Part shown: piece by piece, positions 25,200 through 36,993 of the stretch | Position numbering within the stretch: the first letter of the stretch is position 1 | How the letters are laid out: every line of letters starts with the position of its first letter | Assembly: GCF_988243305.1 (NCBI RefSeq) | Contig: NZ_OZ547136.1 | Length of the DNA: 64,000 nucleotides | Direction: 5' to 3' (one strand) | The notes under the pieces: generated by a model | What the model was told of the DNA's origin: nothing | What the model saw: the letters and a program-made list of their open reading frames with translations, nothing else | The model's database searches: none | Position numbers and translations under genes: made by a program

Positions 25200-27377
25200 T
25201 TATTTTTTGGTATACAGCACGCGTAAACCGTATCCCTGCAAGCCATCTCCCGCTTGTGCGCCATAGGTTTGCGCTGCTTCGCGGTTAGTGGCCGGAATCA
25301 CAATGTCCTCATTGGAAGTGTTCGCCTGTGCACCCACTTCACCATTGATGCTCTTGCCGGTAAATTCCCACTTGTAGTCGTACTGCGCCATCTCTTCGTC
25401 AGTCAGTTTTTCGACCTGCTGGAAGACACCGTCTTTATTGCTGTCACGCCACAAAACAAATCGATAAGTGTTGTTGAGCGGCAGCGGTTCTTTATCTTTA
25501 CCTATCAGGTTGCTGGGTTTAGCTGCCCCCACACGATAGATAAATGCATTTAGCCCACCAATTTCTGCCCCGAGGAAAGTGACATCCACATAGTTACTGT
25601 CGTCGTAGGGCGCAGCTTTTGCTTTCCAGCGATAGGTGCCGGGTAAGGTACTGGAGAGGGTGACAGTGCCCTTTTCTTTATCTTGTTTAGCGATAAAAAC
25701 GCAGGGGTTGTCGGTCGAGCAAGGCTTGTTGGTTAACGTCACTCGTTTGTCCTGCGCGTCGTAAAGCTGCGGCGTGAGGTTATCTTCCGGCAGCGCATCG
25801 CCATTGCGGTCGGTGTTATCGCCAAAGCTGTCGGTTACATCGAGATCCATCACCACACCATCAACGCCATCTGCCTGAGCGCTGGCTTCGTGGCTGTGGT
25901 TGTTCTCTTCCGGCACGTTCGCGATGTTATTAACAATCAACTCTATTTTACGGTCCTGCTGAACGGTGATTTCCACCACGCCAGAGTTCTGTCGGTTGCC
26001 CTTTTCATCTTCCAGTGCCAGACGTACTCGCCAGGTATTGAGTTTTTCTTGTTCGGCTTTGTCAGAGCTGTACTGCCAGGCGGGCAGCACCAGGTTCCAG
26101 TGGTTATTGTTACCCTCTGTCAGGGTATTCTCTTTGATAACCGGCATAACCAACGTGCGGGCAGCATTGTTTTTCGCCTGCCATGACGCAGCGACAATTT
26201 TGTAGTGGTGGTTGATAAGCGCGTTAATGGTCCACTTACATTTTTCCAGCCCGACGGCCGCTTCGGGAGTGTCCTTAATGACGCACTCAGGGTGCTCGTT
26301 GGTGGCATCCGCTTTTAACCACAGGGTGACATCAAGCGGATCTTTTTCTTTGTATTCCAGAACAATAAAGTTATTACGCTCAACAAAATCATGACGACTG
26401 CCCATCAACGAGTGAGCCGCTTTCACTTTATCGCTATCCAATTGATCTTTTAGCGGAACGCCGAACTGATAATTAAGAGTGGCATTAATGCTGACATCGC
26501 TGTTATCTCCGGTCCCCGCTTTATAGTCCGCCCCAACGGTTAGTAATGGCACCGGTTGATAATTCAGTCCAAGTGTTACCGCGTAGGGATCTTTCTCCAA
26601 ATTATCCGTACCAAAAAGGGCGACTTCATCGCCGTAATATTGCTCGAAGACAACTTTGCCCCCCAGTTGCGGATAAGAAGGTAACCAGGCTTCGGCACGA
26701 ATATCCCAGCCGCGCGCAGGGCGTTCTTCATAAAAGCCGAAATCTTCAGAGTCTTTCCAGTCAGAAAGCGGATGATAATAGTTGCCAGAGAATTTTAAAT
26801 AATCAGTCCACGCTTCGCCGCCTAAACCTAAACGGCGATGTCCTCGGGTAAAATCATAATCATAAAATACATTTCCACCCAATAACCATTCATTAAAATT
26901 ATGTCTTACCCCAAGACCAATATTCCCGATTGTACGATCTTCTTTTCGTTGCGCAGAAAATTGACTGAAATAAACAGTGGTTTGATTATCGTACCAGGGA
27001 ACAAAATAATCGATGGAACTGCCATCCAGATCGCCGCCCTGGCCAATGGAGAGGTTCGAACGGACCTTACCGTAGGGAGAGAGAGTGTCTTCAATATAAG
27101 ATTGTGCGGTTGAGATGATTTGACTTTGCAGATAGCTTCTGGCCTGAGATTCCAGCGCCTCAGGGGTCAAGTTTTCAAACCCTTGCGTGGCGGAGTTGAT
27201 GACGTAATCGGCTCCGCGCTCTTTCAGCGATTTACCCTTGTTGGTTTGTTCATCCCGCTGTGCTGCCTGGCTACCTAAATCAGGTAACGATTCGTTTTGC
27301 TTAACATTTATCTCTGGTGCCGCGAAAGCAGCACCAGAGATAAATGTTAGAATAATACAGCGTTTCCATCGCAGCAT
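25200..27377 (-). CDS. sinH: SinH-like intimin/invasin-family inverse autotransporter
   Basis: Track ORF 25200..27407 starts at a TTG. The ATG at 27377 (MLRWKRCIILTFISGAAFAAP, signal peptide) has an AGGGAAAG SD-like sequence upstream. The N-terminal half has the intimin/invasin beta-barrel signature region (GLGVRHNF...NVFYDYDF...GGEAWTDYLKFSGNYYHPLS...LNYQPVPLLTVGADYK), followed by Ig-like passenger domains. Confidence 0.8.
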   Translation of the reverse strand: MLRWKRCIILTFISGAAFAAPEINVKQNESLPDLGSQAAQRDEQTNKGKSLKERGADYVINSATQGFENLTPEALESQARSYLQSQIISTAQSYIEDTLSPYGKVRSNLSIGQGGDLDGSSIDYFVPWYDNQTTVYFSQFSAQRKEDRTIGNIGLGVRHNFNEWLLGGNVFYDYDFTRGHRRLGLGGEAWTDYLKFSGNYYHPLSDWKDSEDFGFYEERPARGWDIRAEAWLPSYPQLGGKVVFEQYYGDEVALFGTDNLEKDPYAVTLGLNYQPVPLLTVGADYKAGTGDNSDVSINATLNYQFGVPLKDQLDSDKVKAAHSLMGSRHDFVERNNFIVLEYKEKDPLDVTLWLKADATNEHPECVIKDTPEAAVGLEKCKWTINALINHHYKIVAASWQAKNNAARTLVMPVIKENTLTEGNNNHWNLVLPAWQYSSDKAEQEKLNTWRVRLALEDEKGNRQNSGVVEITVQQDRKIELIVNNIANVPEENNHSHEASAQADGVDGVVMDLDVTDSFGDNTDRNGDALPEDNLTPQLYDAQDKRVTLTNKPCSTDNPCVFIAKQDKEKGTVTLSSTLPGTYRWKAKAAPYDDSNYVDVTFLGAEIGGLNAFIYRVGAAKPSNLIGKDKEPLPLNNTYRFVLWRDSNKDGVFQQVEKLTDEEMAQYDYKWEFTGKSINGEVGAQANTSNEDIVIPATNREAAQTYGAQAGDGLQGYGLRVLYTKK

Positions 27378-27586
27378 GCACTTTCCCTGTGACAATGATA
27401 CAGTCAAAAATAAGCTTTAATATTGTATCCCTGATTATTCAGAAAGGCATGTCATAAAGAATAAATATATTCTTAATTATTTAAATTAGTGATTTCACTC
27501 AATTACATTAGTTATTCCACTAATAACAGATTGTTTTACCATTCACATATTAAATATAAATGATAAAACAATATATTCACATGATA

Positions 27587-27802
27587 TTAAGCAATAACAA
27601 ATTCAACGCGTTTTTTAGATATTAAACCGTGCCCATGTTGGCAAAAATAGTCCACAGCACCACAAGCTTTTAACACTTGTAACGGCTGATGACACTCAGG
27701 GCAAAGTGCCTGGACGGTAAAGTCTTTGTCGCAAGTTGCACAGTGGGCAGTCTCGCCATTGCGTTCGAGAGGGGTTTTGCAGATTGGACAGTTGAGTGCC
27801 AT
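27587..27802 (-). CDS. yfgJ: zinc-ribbon protein YfgJ
   Basis: 71-aa ORF with two CxxC pairs (CPICKT...CATC and CPECHQ...CQHGH). Confidence 0.85.
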   Translation of the reverse strand: MALNCPICKTPLERNGETAHCATCDKDFTVQALCPECHQPLQVLKACGAVDYFCQHGHGLISKKRVEFVIA

Positions 27803-27864
27803 AAATACTCCTCGCGTGTTATTCGGTTTCCCTCTCCGTGTGGAAAGGGAAACCAGATAAGTGA

Positions 27865-29337
27865 TTACTTACTTTTCTTGATATGCTTCATCAGGCGCTT
27901 ACGCTTGCGCATCTGGGTTGGCGTCAGGGTATTACGCTTGTTCGCATACGGGTTTTCCCCTTCTTTGAACTGAATACGAATCGGCGATCCCATTACGTCC
28001 AGCGATTTGCGGAAGTAGTTCATCAGGTAACGCTTGTAGGAATCAGGCAGGTCTTTCACCTGGTTACCATGAATCACCACAATCGGCGGGTTATAACCAC
28101 CGGCGTGGGCATATTTCAGCTTCACACGACGACCGCGTACCAGCGGCGGTTGGTGATCTTCAACAGCCATCGTCATGATGCGCGTCAGCATAGAGGTCCC
28201 CACACGACGGGTGGAGCTGTCATACGCTTCACGCACTGATTCAAACAAGTTACCAACACCACTGCCGTGCAAGGCAGAGATAAAGTGCACACGAGCAAAA
28301 TCGATAAAGCCCAGACGGAAGTCCAGCGTTTCTTTCACCTGCTCTTTCACTTCCTGGCTCAGGCCATCCCACTTATTCACCACAATGACAAGTGAGCGCC
28401 CACTATTGAGAATAAAGCCCAGCAGGGAGAGATCCTGATCGGAAATACCTTCGCGGGCGTCAATCACCAACATCACCACGTTGGCATCTTCAATGGCCTG
28501 CAACGTTTTGATTACCGAGAATTTCTCTACAGCATCGGTGATTTTGCCACGTTTACGTACGCCAGCGGTGTCAATGAGCACATACTCACGTCCATCGCGT
28601 TCCATTGGAATGTAGATACTGTCACGCGTCGTACCAGGCATGTCATAAACAACAACGCGCTCTTCACCAAGAATACGGTTAGTGAGTGTAGACTTACCTA
28701 CGTTCGGACGACCCACAATCGCCAGTTTGATCGGCAGACTTTGCGGGTCGAAGTCGTCTTCCTCTTCTTCTTCGCCGTTTTCTTCTGCTTCAAATTGCGC
28801 CCAGTATTCGGCGTCTTCGTCGACTTCTTCTTGCGGTGCGAGATCTTCCATCCACGGCAGCAGCACGTGCTCCAGCAGACTTAATACGCCACGACCGTGA
28901 GACGCGGCGATCGGGTAGATTTCCCCTAAACCAAGCGAGTAGAAATCAACCACTGCCTGATCGGGATCCAGACCGTCAGTTTTGTTTGCCACCAGGAAGG
29001 TCGGTTTTTCACGGGAGCGCAGATGTTTAGCAATCGCTTCATCCGCCGGCATCAGGCCCGCGCGCGCATCCACCATAAACAGTACGACGTCCGCTTCTTC
29101 AATCGCCAGCAGCGACTGTTCCGCCATGCGGGTTTCTACACCGTCTTCTGTGCCATCAATCCCGCCGGTATCAATGCAGATAAACTCACGGCCTTCAATT
29201 TCTGCACGACCGTACTTACGGTCACGAGTCAGACCCGGGAAATCCGCAACCAGCGCATCTCGGGTGCGAGTTAGACGGTTAAATAACGTGGATTTTCCTA
29301 CGTTAGGGCGCCCGACAAGCGCGACCACAGGTACCAT
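27865..29337 (-). CDS. der: ribosome-associated GTPase Der (EngA), tandem GTPase domains
   Basis: 490 aa from the ATG at 29337 ([22 protein letters not shown]); the track ORF extends 13 codons further to 29376. Second G domain has [12 protein letters not shown]; acidic linker; KH-like C-terminus. Confidence 0.95.
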   Translation of the reverse strand: MVPVVALVGRPNVGKSTLFNRLTRTRDALVADFPGLTRDRKYGRAEIEGREFICIDTGGIDGTEDGVETRMAEQSLLAIEEADVVLFMVDARAGLMPADEAIAKHLRSREKPTFLVANKTDGLDPDQAVVDFYSLGLGEIYPIAASHGRGVLSLLEHVLLPWMEDLAPQEEVDEDAEYWAQFEAEENGEEEEEDDFDPQSLPIKLAIVGRPNVGKSTLTNRILGEERVVVYDMPGTTRDSIYIPMERDGREYVLIDTAGVRKRGKITDAVEKFSVIKTLQAIEDANVVMLVIDAREGISDQDLSLLGFILNSGRSLVIVVNKWDGLSQEVKEQVKETLDFRLGFIDFARVHFISALHGSGVGNLFESVREAYDSSTRRVGTSMLTRIMTMAVEDHQPPLVRGRRVKLKYAHAGGYNPPIVVIHGNQVKDLPDSYKRYLMNYFRKSLDVMGSPIRIQFKEGENPYANKRNTLTPTQMRKRKRLMKHIKKSK

Positions 29338-29454
29338 GTTTAAAGCCTCATTTTTATAAATCATCAGACAACGCACGCTATATTCGTGTCGTTGTTAAAA
29401 ACAGGAAAACGGCCCCTGTCCAGGAGCCGTTTTCAAAGTGAACGACAGAGACGA

Positions 29455-30633
29455 TTAACGTGTAATAGAGTACACGGTTCCGTCTTTTGCCTGGATCAGC
29501 AGTTTGCCGTCAGCGGCAACCGGTTCAGTCTGGAAACCGGAACTATCAACTTTTTGCTGGGCAACGAAACGACCATCTTCGACGTTAATCCAGTGCAGAT
29601 AACCTTCGCTGTCACCTACCACCAGGTTGCCATTATACAGCACCGGAGAAGTCAGCAGGCGATGCAGCAGATCGCTTTGTGTCCACAGCGTAACGCCGCC
29701 ATCAATGGTCAACGCCATTACCCGGTCATTTTGATCGACCAGATAGATGCGATTGCCGTCGACGATGAAATCATTCACCGAACCCAGTTCGCGTTTCCAC
29801 ATAATCTGACCACTGCGCAGATCAAGCGCCGTCAGGTTACCATTATAGGCCAGCGCGAAAACAACGCCGTTAACAACGACGGGAGTCGTGTCAACATCGC
29901 TCAGACGGTCAATTTCGGTAGAACCGGTCGCCTGGGAAATACGCTGCTGCCAAATCATCTGGCCCTGTTCCATCAGCACTGCGCTGACGCGACCATTATC
30001 GCCACCCACGACAGCCGCACCAAAAGCCGTTGCCGGCGCAGACTCGCCACGCAAAGAGAGCGAAGGCATATCGAGGTTAACTGTCCATTTGACAGCGCCG
30101 TCAGCTTCGTTCAGCGCTTGTAACTGACCATTACTGGTGTGGATTAACACCAGACCGTCGCTGACCACCGGGCGAGAAAGAGCTTCACCCGCGACTTTAG
30201 TTTGCCATGCCACAGTACCATCGCTGGTATTCAGCGCGTAAACCTGCGCCTTTTCGCTGCCAATGTAGACATGCCCACCAGACACGGTCACACCGCCAGA
30301 AAGTAATGCAGGCTCTTTAGAGAACCAGCCATCTTTCTCGGCCAGGCTGACAGACCAGATTTCTTTGCCATCATCCGCATTCAGCGCTTTTACTAAACCA
30401 GCGCGGTCCGCTGCATAGACAACGTTGTCCGCCAGTGCCGGATGAAGATTGGAATAGAAGTTGCCAATGCCGCTACCAACGGAAGTGCTCCACGCTGTGG
30501 TCGGCGTAAACTGGTTTTCAACGGTTGGCAATGGGGACATCTTTACCACATCTTCTTCGCTGTTAAACAGCGAACAGCCGCTTAAAAGGGTAACGGAAAG
30601 CAGTCCTGGCAGCAGTAATTTACGCAATTGCAT
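29455..30633 (-). CDS. bamB: outer-membrane protein assembly factor BamB (YfgL), PQQ beta-propeller lipoprotein
   Basis: 392-aa ORF with lipoprotein signal MQLRKLLLPGLLSVTLLSGCS and repeated beta-propeller blades. Confidence 0.95.
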   Translation of the reverse strand: MQLRKLLLPGLLSVTLLSGCSLFNSEEDVVKMSPLPTVENQFTPTTAWSTSVGSGIGNFYSNLHPALADNVVYAADRAGLVKALNADDGKEIWSVSLAEKDGWFSKEPALLSGGVTVSGGHVYIGSEKAQVYALNTSDGTVAWQTKVAGEALSRPVVSDGLVLIHTSNGQLQALNEADGAVKWTVNLDMPSLSLRGESAPATAFGAAVVGGDNGRVSAVLMEQGQMIWQQRISQATGSTEIDRLSDVDTTPVVVNGVVFALAYNGNLTALDLRSGQIMWKRELGSVNDFIVDGNRIYLVDQNDRVMALTIDGGVTLWTQSDLLHRLLTSPVLYNGNLVVGDSEGYLHWINVEDGRFVAQQKVDSSGFQTEPVAADGKLLIQAKDGTVYSITR

Positions 30634-30643
30634 CGGGTCCCTC

Positions 30644-31264
30644 TCAGATGGACAAATTATTAATTTTCATCTGCATCATTTCGCTCAGTGCCGGGGTAAC
30701 ATCGCTTTTCACGCCTGCTTCCCATGCACTACGCGCACCTTGCTTATCACCTTTGCTCAGCAATGCTTCACCACGCAGGTCGGCAACAATGGCAGCCCAC
30801 CCTTCACCTTTGATGGTATCAAGGGTTTTCAGCGCGGCATCAGCCTGCTTGAGCTGAACCTGAACGCGAGCAAGACGCAGATTTATCACGGCTTTGAGAT
30901 TTTCATCGCTCGTGTCTGCCAGCCCCTGTTGTAACTGGGCGGCAGCTTTCTCTAGTTCATTTTTGTCAACAAATTGCTGCGCAAGTTCCAAAGAAGCCAG
31001 CGCACCATAAGTATTTTTATTTTCAGCAGCAAATTTTTCCGCCGCCGGAATGCTATCCGGTTTGCCTTCGCTCACTGCGGTAACCGCATTTTGATAGGCA
31101 AGAGAAGCGGAGCGTGCAGAATCAACCTGATGGCTGTTCCAGTAGCGCCAGCCAATCAGTGCACCAACGCCCAAAATCACCCCAACAGCCAGTGCTTTGC
31201 CATTTTCAGCAAAAAAGCGTTTAACCGCTTCAACCTGGTCGTTTTCGTTCTCGTAAATTTCCAC
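30644..31264 (-). CDS. yfgM: YfgM, inner-membrane TPR-like protein
   Basis: 206-aa ORF, N-terminus MEIYENENDQVEAVKRFFAENGK with a single TM helix; conserved position between hisS and bamB. Confidence 0.9.
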   Translation of the reverse strand: MEIYENENDQVEAVKRFFAENGKALAVGVILGVGALIGWRYWNSHQVDSARSASLAYQNAVTAVSEGKPDSIPAAEKFAAENKNTYGALASLELAQQFVDKNELEKAAAQLQQGLADTSDENLKAVINLRLARVQVQLKQADAALKTLDTIKGEGWAAIVADLRGEALLSKGDKQGARSAWEAGVKSDVTPALSEMMQMKINNLSI

Positions 31265-31281
31265 GCTGTCCTTCTCCTTCC

Positions 31282-32556
31282 TTAACCCAGTAACGTGCGC
31301 AAATGCGCGGCTACGCTATCCTGCGCAACTGCCGTTTGCTCACCAGAGCGCAAATCCTTCACTACTGCTGTGCCGTTAGCCACTTCAGACTCACCCAGCA
31401 CCACAGCAACGCGGGCACCCCATTTATCAGCACGGGCAAACTGTTTCTTAAAGTTGCCGCCGCCGTGGTTGGTCATCAATTTCACGCCCGGTAATTCATC
31501 ACGCAGACGCTCAGCTAATGCCATAGCCGCAGATTGTGTATCAGCACCTGAAGCCACCAGGTATATATCGACAACAGGATCGGCTTTAAATTCCGGATTA
31601 ACGGCCTGTACTAACAATACAAGACGTTCGAGGCCCATCGCAAAACCGACAGCCGGTGTTGCACGACCGCCCAGTTGTTCCACCAGACCGTCATAACGAC
31701 CGCCTGCACACACGGTGCCCTGAGAGCCGAGGCTGTTAGTCACCCACTCGAAAACGGTACGGTTATAGTAATCCAGACCACGCACCAGACGCTGGTTTAC
31801 GGTGTAAGCGATCCCCGCGCTCTCAAGCAGTTTGCACAGACCGGCAAAATGCTCACGAGATTCCTCGTCCAGATAATCGCCTAATGCCGGAGCATCGTTG
31901 AGAAGCGCCTGCACTTCCGGATTTTTTGAATCCAGCACGCGCAGCGGGTTAGTGTACATGCGGCGTTTGCAGTCTTCGTCCAGCTTTTCTTTATGCTGCT
32001 CAAGGAATGCCACCAGCGCATCGCGGTAATTCGCACGAGCTTCCAGCGAACCGATAGAGTTCAGCTCAAGTGTTACGTGCTCGGAAATACCCAGCGCGCG
32101 CCACCAGCGGGCAGTGAGCATAATCAGTTCAGCGTCGATATCCGGACCTTGCAGACCGAAAACTTCGCAGCCCAACTGATGGAACTGACGATAACGTCCT
32201 TTCTGCGGACGCTCGTGACGGAACATCGGCCCGATATACCACAGACGCTGTTCCTGATTGTACAGAAGACCATGCTCGATGCCGGCGCGTACACAGCCCG
32301 CCGTCCCTTCAGGGCGCAGAGTCAGGCTGTCGCCATTGCGATCCTCAAAGGTGTACATCTCTTTTTCAACCACGTCGGTGACTTCACCAATCGCACGTTT
32401 GAATAGCGGGGTCTGCTCTACAATCGGCAAGCGGATTTCACTGTAACCGTAGCTGCCGAGCACGTTTTTCAGTGTGCCTTCAATGCGCTGCCAGATGGCC
32501 GTTTCGCCAGGCAGGTAATCGTTCATGCCGCGAATGGCTTGAATGTTTTTTGCCAC
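31282..32556 (-). CDS. hisS: histidine--tRNA ligase
   Basis: 424-aa ORF, N-terminus [27 protein letters not shown]; class II aaRS motifs. Confidence 0.97.
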
Positions 32557-32666
32557 GTTTATTCTCTTTCTGAATATAAAAATGAACCCTCAACGCTTCC
32601 CTCAATGTTTCGGGAGCCATGCGGGTTCAATCATACACGGGAAGCGAGGCGCTTCCCATCACGTTA

Positions 32667-33785
32667 TTATTTTTCAACCTGCTGAACGTCAATTCGACGC
32701 GCTTCGTCCAGCTGACTGGCTTTCGCACGAATGCGCGCTTCCAGCTGGTCGATCATATCGTTGTTGTCCAGACGGTCTTTGCGCACGCCATCTTCATAGA
32801 GGCCGCTTTTCTTGTTACCGCCGGTGACGCCGAGTGTAGAAACCAGCGCCTCACCTGGGCCATTCACCACACAGCCGATAATCGAAACGTCCATCGGAGT
32901 GATGATATCTTCCAGGCGTTGCTCCAGCGCGTTAACCGTACCGATAACATCAAACTCCTGACGCGAACAGGTTGGACAGGCGATGAAGTTGATCCCGCGC
33001 GAACGGATACGCAGCGATTTCAAAATATCGAAACCGACTTTGATCTCTTCGACCGGATCGGCCGCCAGCGATACGCGCAGCGTGTCGCCGATGCCTTCAG
33101 ACAGCAGCAGACCTAAACCAATGGCGGATTTAACCGCCCCGCTGCGCGCACCACCCGCTTCGGTGATCCCCAGATGCAGCGGCTGATCGATCTGTTTTGC
33201 CAGCAAACGATAAGACTCAACAGCGAGGAAGACGTCTGACGCTTTCACGCTGACTTTGAACTGATCGAAGTTCAGGCGATCGAGATGATCAACATGACGC
33301 ATGGCGGATTCCAGCAACGCCTGCGGCGTCGGTTCGCCATACTTTTCTTGCAGATCTTTTTCCAGCGATCCAGCGTTAACGCCAATACGGATCGGAATGT
33401 TTTTATCGCGCGCACAGTCAACCACCATGCGAATACGCTCTTCATTACCGATATTGCCAGGGTTAATACGCAGACAATCGACGCCGTATTCCGCTACTTT
33501 CAGCGCAATGCGATAGTCGAAATGGATGTCAGCCACCAGCGGCACGTTAACCTGCTGTTTGATGAGTTTGAACGCTTCTGCCGCGTCCATCGTCGGTACT
33601 GAGACACGGACGATATCAGCGCCAACACGTTCCAACGCCTTGATTTGATTGACCGTTGCTTCGACGTCTGTCGTGCGCGTATTGGTCATGGACTGTACGG
33701 CGATGGGAGCACCATCGCCAATCGGCACATTCCCAACGTAAATACGTGTTGATTTTCTACGTTGAATTGGAGCCTGGTTATGCAT
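32667..33785 (-). CDS. ispG: 4-hydroxy-3-methylbut-2-en-1-yl diphosphate synthase (IspG/GcpE)
   Basis: 372-aa [39 protein letters not shown] with the C-terminal Fe-S cysteine cluster (ACPTCSRQ...GCVVNGPGE). Confidence 0.97.
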
Positions 33786-33811
33786 GAAAAATCTCCCGCG
33801 TTACCCGTCTG

Positions 33812-34825
33812 TTACTGCGCCGGTGATTGTTCGGCATTGAGGGTCAGACGCGCAACCTGGTTAGTTCTGATAAAACGACTCAGATCGACAGGTTTCCCTT
33901 GATACTGGATCTGTACTGCGGCTGGCGCACCAATTTTCAGTTTATACGGTGCCTGGCCGGTTAAATTCAAATTACCGTCTTTACGCTGCATCCCGCTAAA
34001 CAGTTTTTTACCGGTAGCATCAGTGACCTCCAGCCAGCAATCGGCAGTAAAGTTCATCACCAGCGCATTCGGATCAGCCGCCGGCGTAGTCACGCCTGCC
34101 TGATCGGTTGGCAACGGCGCAGCACCATCTGGCGTTATTGTTGCCGTTGGTGCCGGGGTCGCAGCAGTATCAACATTTGCCTGTGAAGGCGAAACAACCG
34201 CATTCTGTTGCGGATCAACAGCTGGTGCTGGCGCAGTTACGGCAGGTGTTTGCGTGTTGGTTGCGGTAGTATCCACAGACGCTGGCGGCGTGGACGTTGT
34301 AGCCGGGTCTGTAGTTGTCGACGTATTTAACGGAACACTCTGCCCCTGCTCGCTATTACTGCTCAGTTCCGCCGAAGATTGATCGGCCATAGTGGTGATC
34401 TCTTCCTGCTGAGCTTTGTGGTCTTGCCACCACCAGGCACCGCTCAGGCCGATAACCACAAACAACACCAGCCAGGTGAAGGTCATCAGCCAGCCGTCGC
34501 GTTTTTTGCGGCGTTTACCGAGGGAAAAACTCTGCATCGGCGCAACTTTTGCAGCCCGTAGTGGAGCCTGCTTTTCCAGCCCTGGCAGCAGTTCTTCTTC
34601 TGGAATATGTACCAGACGCGCATAAGAGCGGATATATCCGCGCAGGAATGTTGAAGCAAGATCGGCGGGTGCCTTATCTTCTTCAATGTCGCGTACCGTG
34701 GAAACCTTCAGGCAAAGTCGCTCGGCAACGGCCTGCTGACTAAGTCCTAGTTGTTCGCGAGCATTACGCAGGCGAGCGCCGGTAGTAAGTGCTTCATTTT
34801 GGTCGTGCGTGGCTTCAGTATTCAT
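33812..34825 (-). CDS. rodZ: cytoskeleton protein RodZ (YfgA)
   Basis: 337-aa ORF with N-terminal HTH ([23 protein letters not shown]), a single TM helix and a Pro/Thr/Ala-rich periplasmic linker. Confidence 0.95.
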   Translation of the reverse strand: MNTEATHDQNEALTTGARLRNAREQLGLSQQAVAERLCLKVSTVRDIEEDKAPADLASTFLRGYIRSYARLVHIPEEELLPGLEKQAPLRAAKVAPMQSFSLGKRRKKRDGWLMTFTWLVLFVVIGLSGAWWWQDHKAQQEEITTMADQSSAELSSNSEQGQSVPLNTSTTTDPATTSTPPASVDTTATNTQTPAVTAPAPAVDPQQNAVVSPSQANVDTAATPAPTATITPDGAAPLPTDQAGVTTPAADPNALVMNFTADCWLEVTDATGKKLFSGMQRKDGNLNLTGQAPYKLKIGAPAAVQIQYQGKPVDLSRFIRTNQVARLTLNAEQSPAQ

Positions 34826-35109
34826 TCGCTGCAGGTACGTTTAAATGAGAATTGAGATGCCGGTGAACCATCATGCTCACCCACACCGCGAAACATCCGT
34901 TAAGTTAACCGTTATCATACAGTATAAGACCGTCTGTGTGCTCGTGACAAAGCCCACATTCACTAAGGCTAACTTACTGTTGCATCGTTACATACTGCCT
35001 TAAAGTCAGCAAAAACGCACCGTTAATATTGACCAGACAATTGCAACTTAATACTTCATTCATAAAAGATTACGCCACGGTACATAAAATAACCGTGGCG
35101 TAATGGCTA

Positions 35110-36264
35110 TCAGACCGCTTTAATGTCGATGGCTTCACCCTGCATCCGTTTACGCAGAGTACGTTTCGTACGGTCGATAACATCGCCCGCCAACTGACCA
35201 CAGGCAGCATCAATGTCATCACCACGAGTTTTACGCACAATAGTGGTGAAACCGTAGCTCATCAGCACTTTTGAGAAACGGTCGATACGGCTGTTCGAAC
35301 TGCGTCCATACGGCGCGCCCGGGAACGGGTTCCACGGGATCAGGTTGATCTTACACGGCGTATCTTTCAGCAGTTCCGCCAGTTGGTGCGCGTGTTCAGT
35401 GCCGTCGTTAACGTGGTCAAGCATCACGTATTCAATAGTGACTCGGCCCTGATTGGCGTTGGATTTCTCCAGATAACGGCGCACCGCAGCAAGGAACGTT
35501 TCGATATTGTACTTTTTGTTGATCGGCACAATTTCGTCACGAATTTCGTCGTTCGGCGCGTGCAGGGAAATTGCCAGTGCAACGTCGATCATATCGCCCA
35601 GTTTATCCAGCGCCGGAACTACACCGGAAGTGGAAAGCGTCACGCGACGTTTAGACAGGCCAAAACCGAAATCATCAAGCATGATTTCCATCGCCGGAAC
35701 GACATTGTTCAGGTTGAGCAGCGGCTCGCCCATGCCCATCATCACTACGTTAGTGATTGGGCGCTGACCGGTGACTTTTGCTGCGCCGACGATTTTCGCT
35801 GCACGCCACACCTGGCCGATAATTTCCGATACCCGCAGGTTGCGGTTAAAGCCCTGCTGGGCGGTGGAACAGAATTTACACTCCAGCGCACACCCCACCT
35901 GCGAAGAGACGCAGAGCGTGGCACGGTCGTCTTCCGGGATATACACCGTTTCAACGCGCTGATCGCCAACGGCGATCGCCCATTTAATGGTGCCGTCAGA
36001 TGAACGCTGTTCTTCAACCACTTCCGGTGCACGGATTTCCGCCACCTCTTTCAGTTTGCCGCGCAACACTTTATTGATGTCGGTCATCTCATCAAAGTTG
36101 TCGCAGCAATAGTGATACATCCACTTCATCACCTGATCGGCGCGGAAGGGTTTTTCACCTAAATCTTTAAAAAACTCCCGCATCTGCTGACGGTTGAGAT
36201 CCAGCAGGTTGATTTTTCCATCTTTCGTGGTGACGTTTTCAGGTGTGACTAATTGTTCAGACAT
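35110..36264 (-). CDS. rlmN: 23S rRNA/tRNA m2A methyltransferase RlmN (radical SAM)
   Basis: 384-aa ORF with radical-SAM cysteine motif ([10 protein letters not shown]). Confidence 0.96.
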
Positions 36265-36310
36265 ATGCTATTCCGGCCTCGTTATTACACGTTATGGCCC
36301 CTGGAGGGTT

Positions 36311-36354
36311 GAAAAAAGAAACGCCCCGGTGAGCGGCTGCTCGTCCGGGGGCGC
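36311..36354 (-). terminator. Rho-independent terminator downstream of ndk
   Basis: GC-rich imperfect hairpin cgccccgg ... ccgggggcg (36322-36353); on the minus strand it is followed by UUUCUUUUUUC (complement of 36311-36321). Confidence 0.65.
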
Positions 36355-36413
36355 TGCATTGTACAAATTCTGGCGCACGGATGCCACGTTTGCACGCGGC
36401 ATTTACGAAATTA

Positions 36414-36845
36414 TTAACGGGTGCGCGGGCACACTTCGCCTTCGCCGAAGAAATAAGCGATTTCGCGAGCGGCAGATTCGACGGAATCAGAACCGTGGGT
36501 ACCATTTTCGGTCAGGCTGTCAGCGTAATCAGCACGCAGAGTACCGGCCAGTGCGTTTGCCGGATTGGTCGCGCCCAGCAGATCGCGGTGACGCTGAACA
36601 GCATTTTCACCTTCCAGCACGGAAACCACGATCGGGCCAGAAGTCATGAATTCAACCAGACCATCAAAGAACGGTTTTCCATCGTGTTCAGCATAAAAGC
36701 CACGAGCCTGTTCAACGGTCAGGTGCAGCATTTTGGTGCCGACAATTTTGAACCCTGCAGCTTCAAAGCGCGCAAAGATACTACCAATCACGTTTTTTGC
36801 TACCGCGTTCGGTTTGATGATGGAAAAAGTACGTTCAATAGCCAT
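36414..36845 (-). CDS. ndk: nucleoside diphosphate kinase
   Basis: 143-aa [42 protein letters not shown], with the active-site His region NAVHGSDS read here as GTHGSDS. Confidence 0.97.
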
Positions 36846-36993
36846 TTTTACCTCTGTAAATTGTTCTGTTGTTGTCTGTACCAGCGTACGAGATGGCGCG
36901 GATTATAATGAGCAACAGAGCCGTTGACTATTGATGAAGGTAACATTTTTTTAAAATAAACCTAGTTTAAGCAACAATCAGGGACAAAACAGA

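Noticed and set aside
35383-36032. Plus- and minus-strand ORFs (206 aa and 95 aa) inside rlmN
   Set aside because: They overlap rlmN in alternative or antisense frames; rlmN is full-length with an intact radical-SAM motif.
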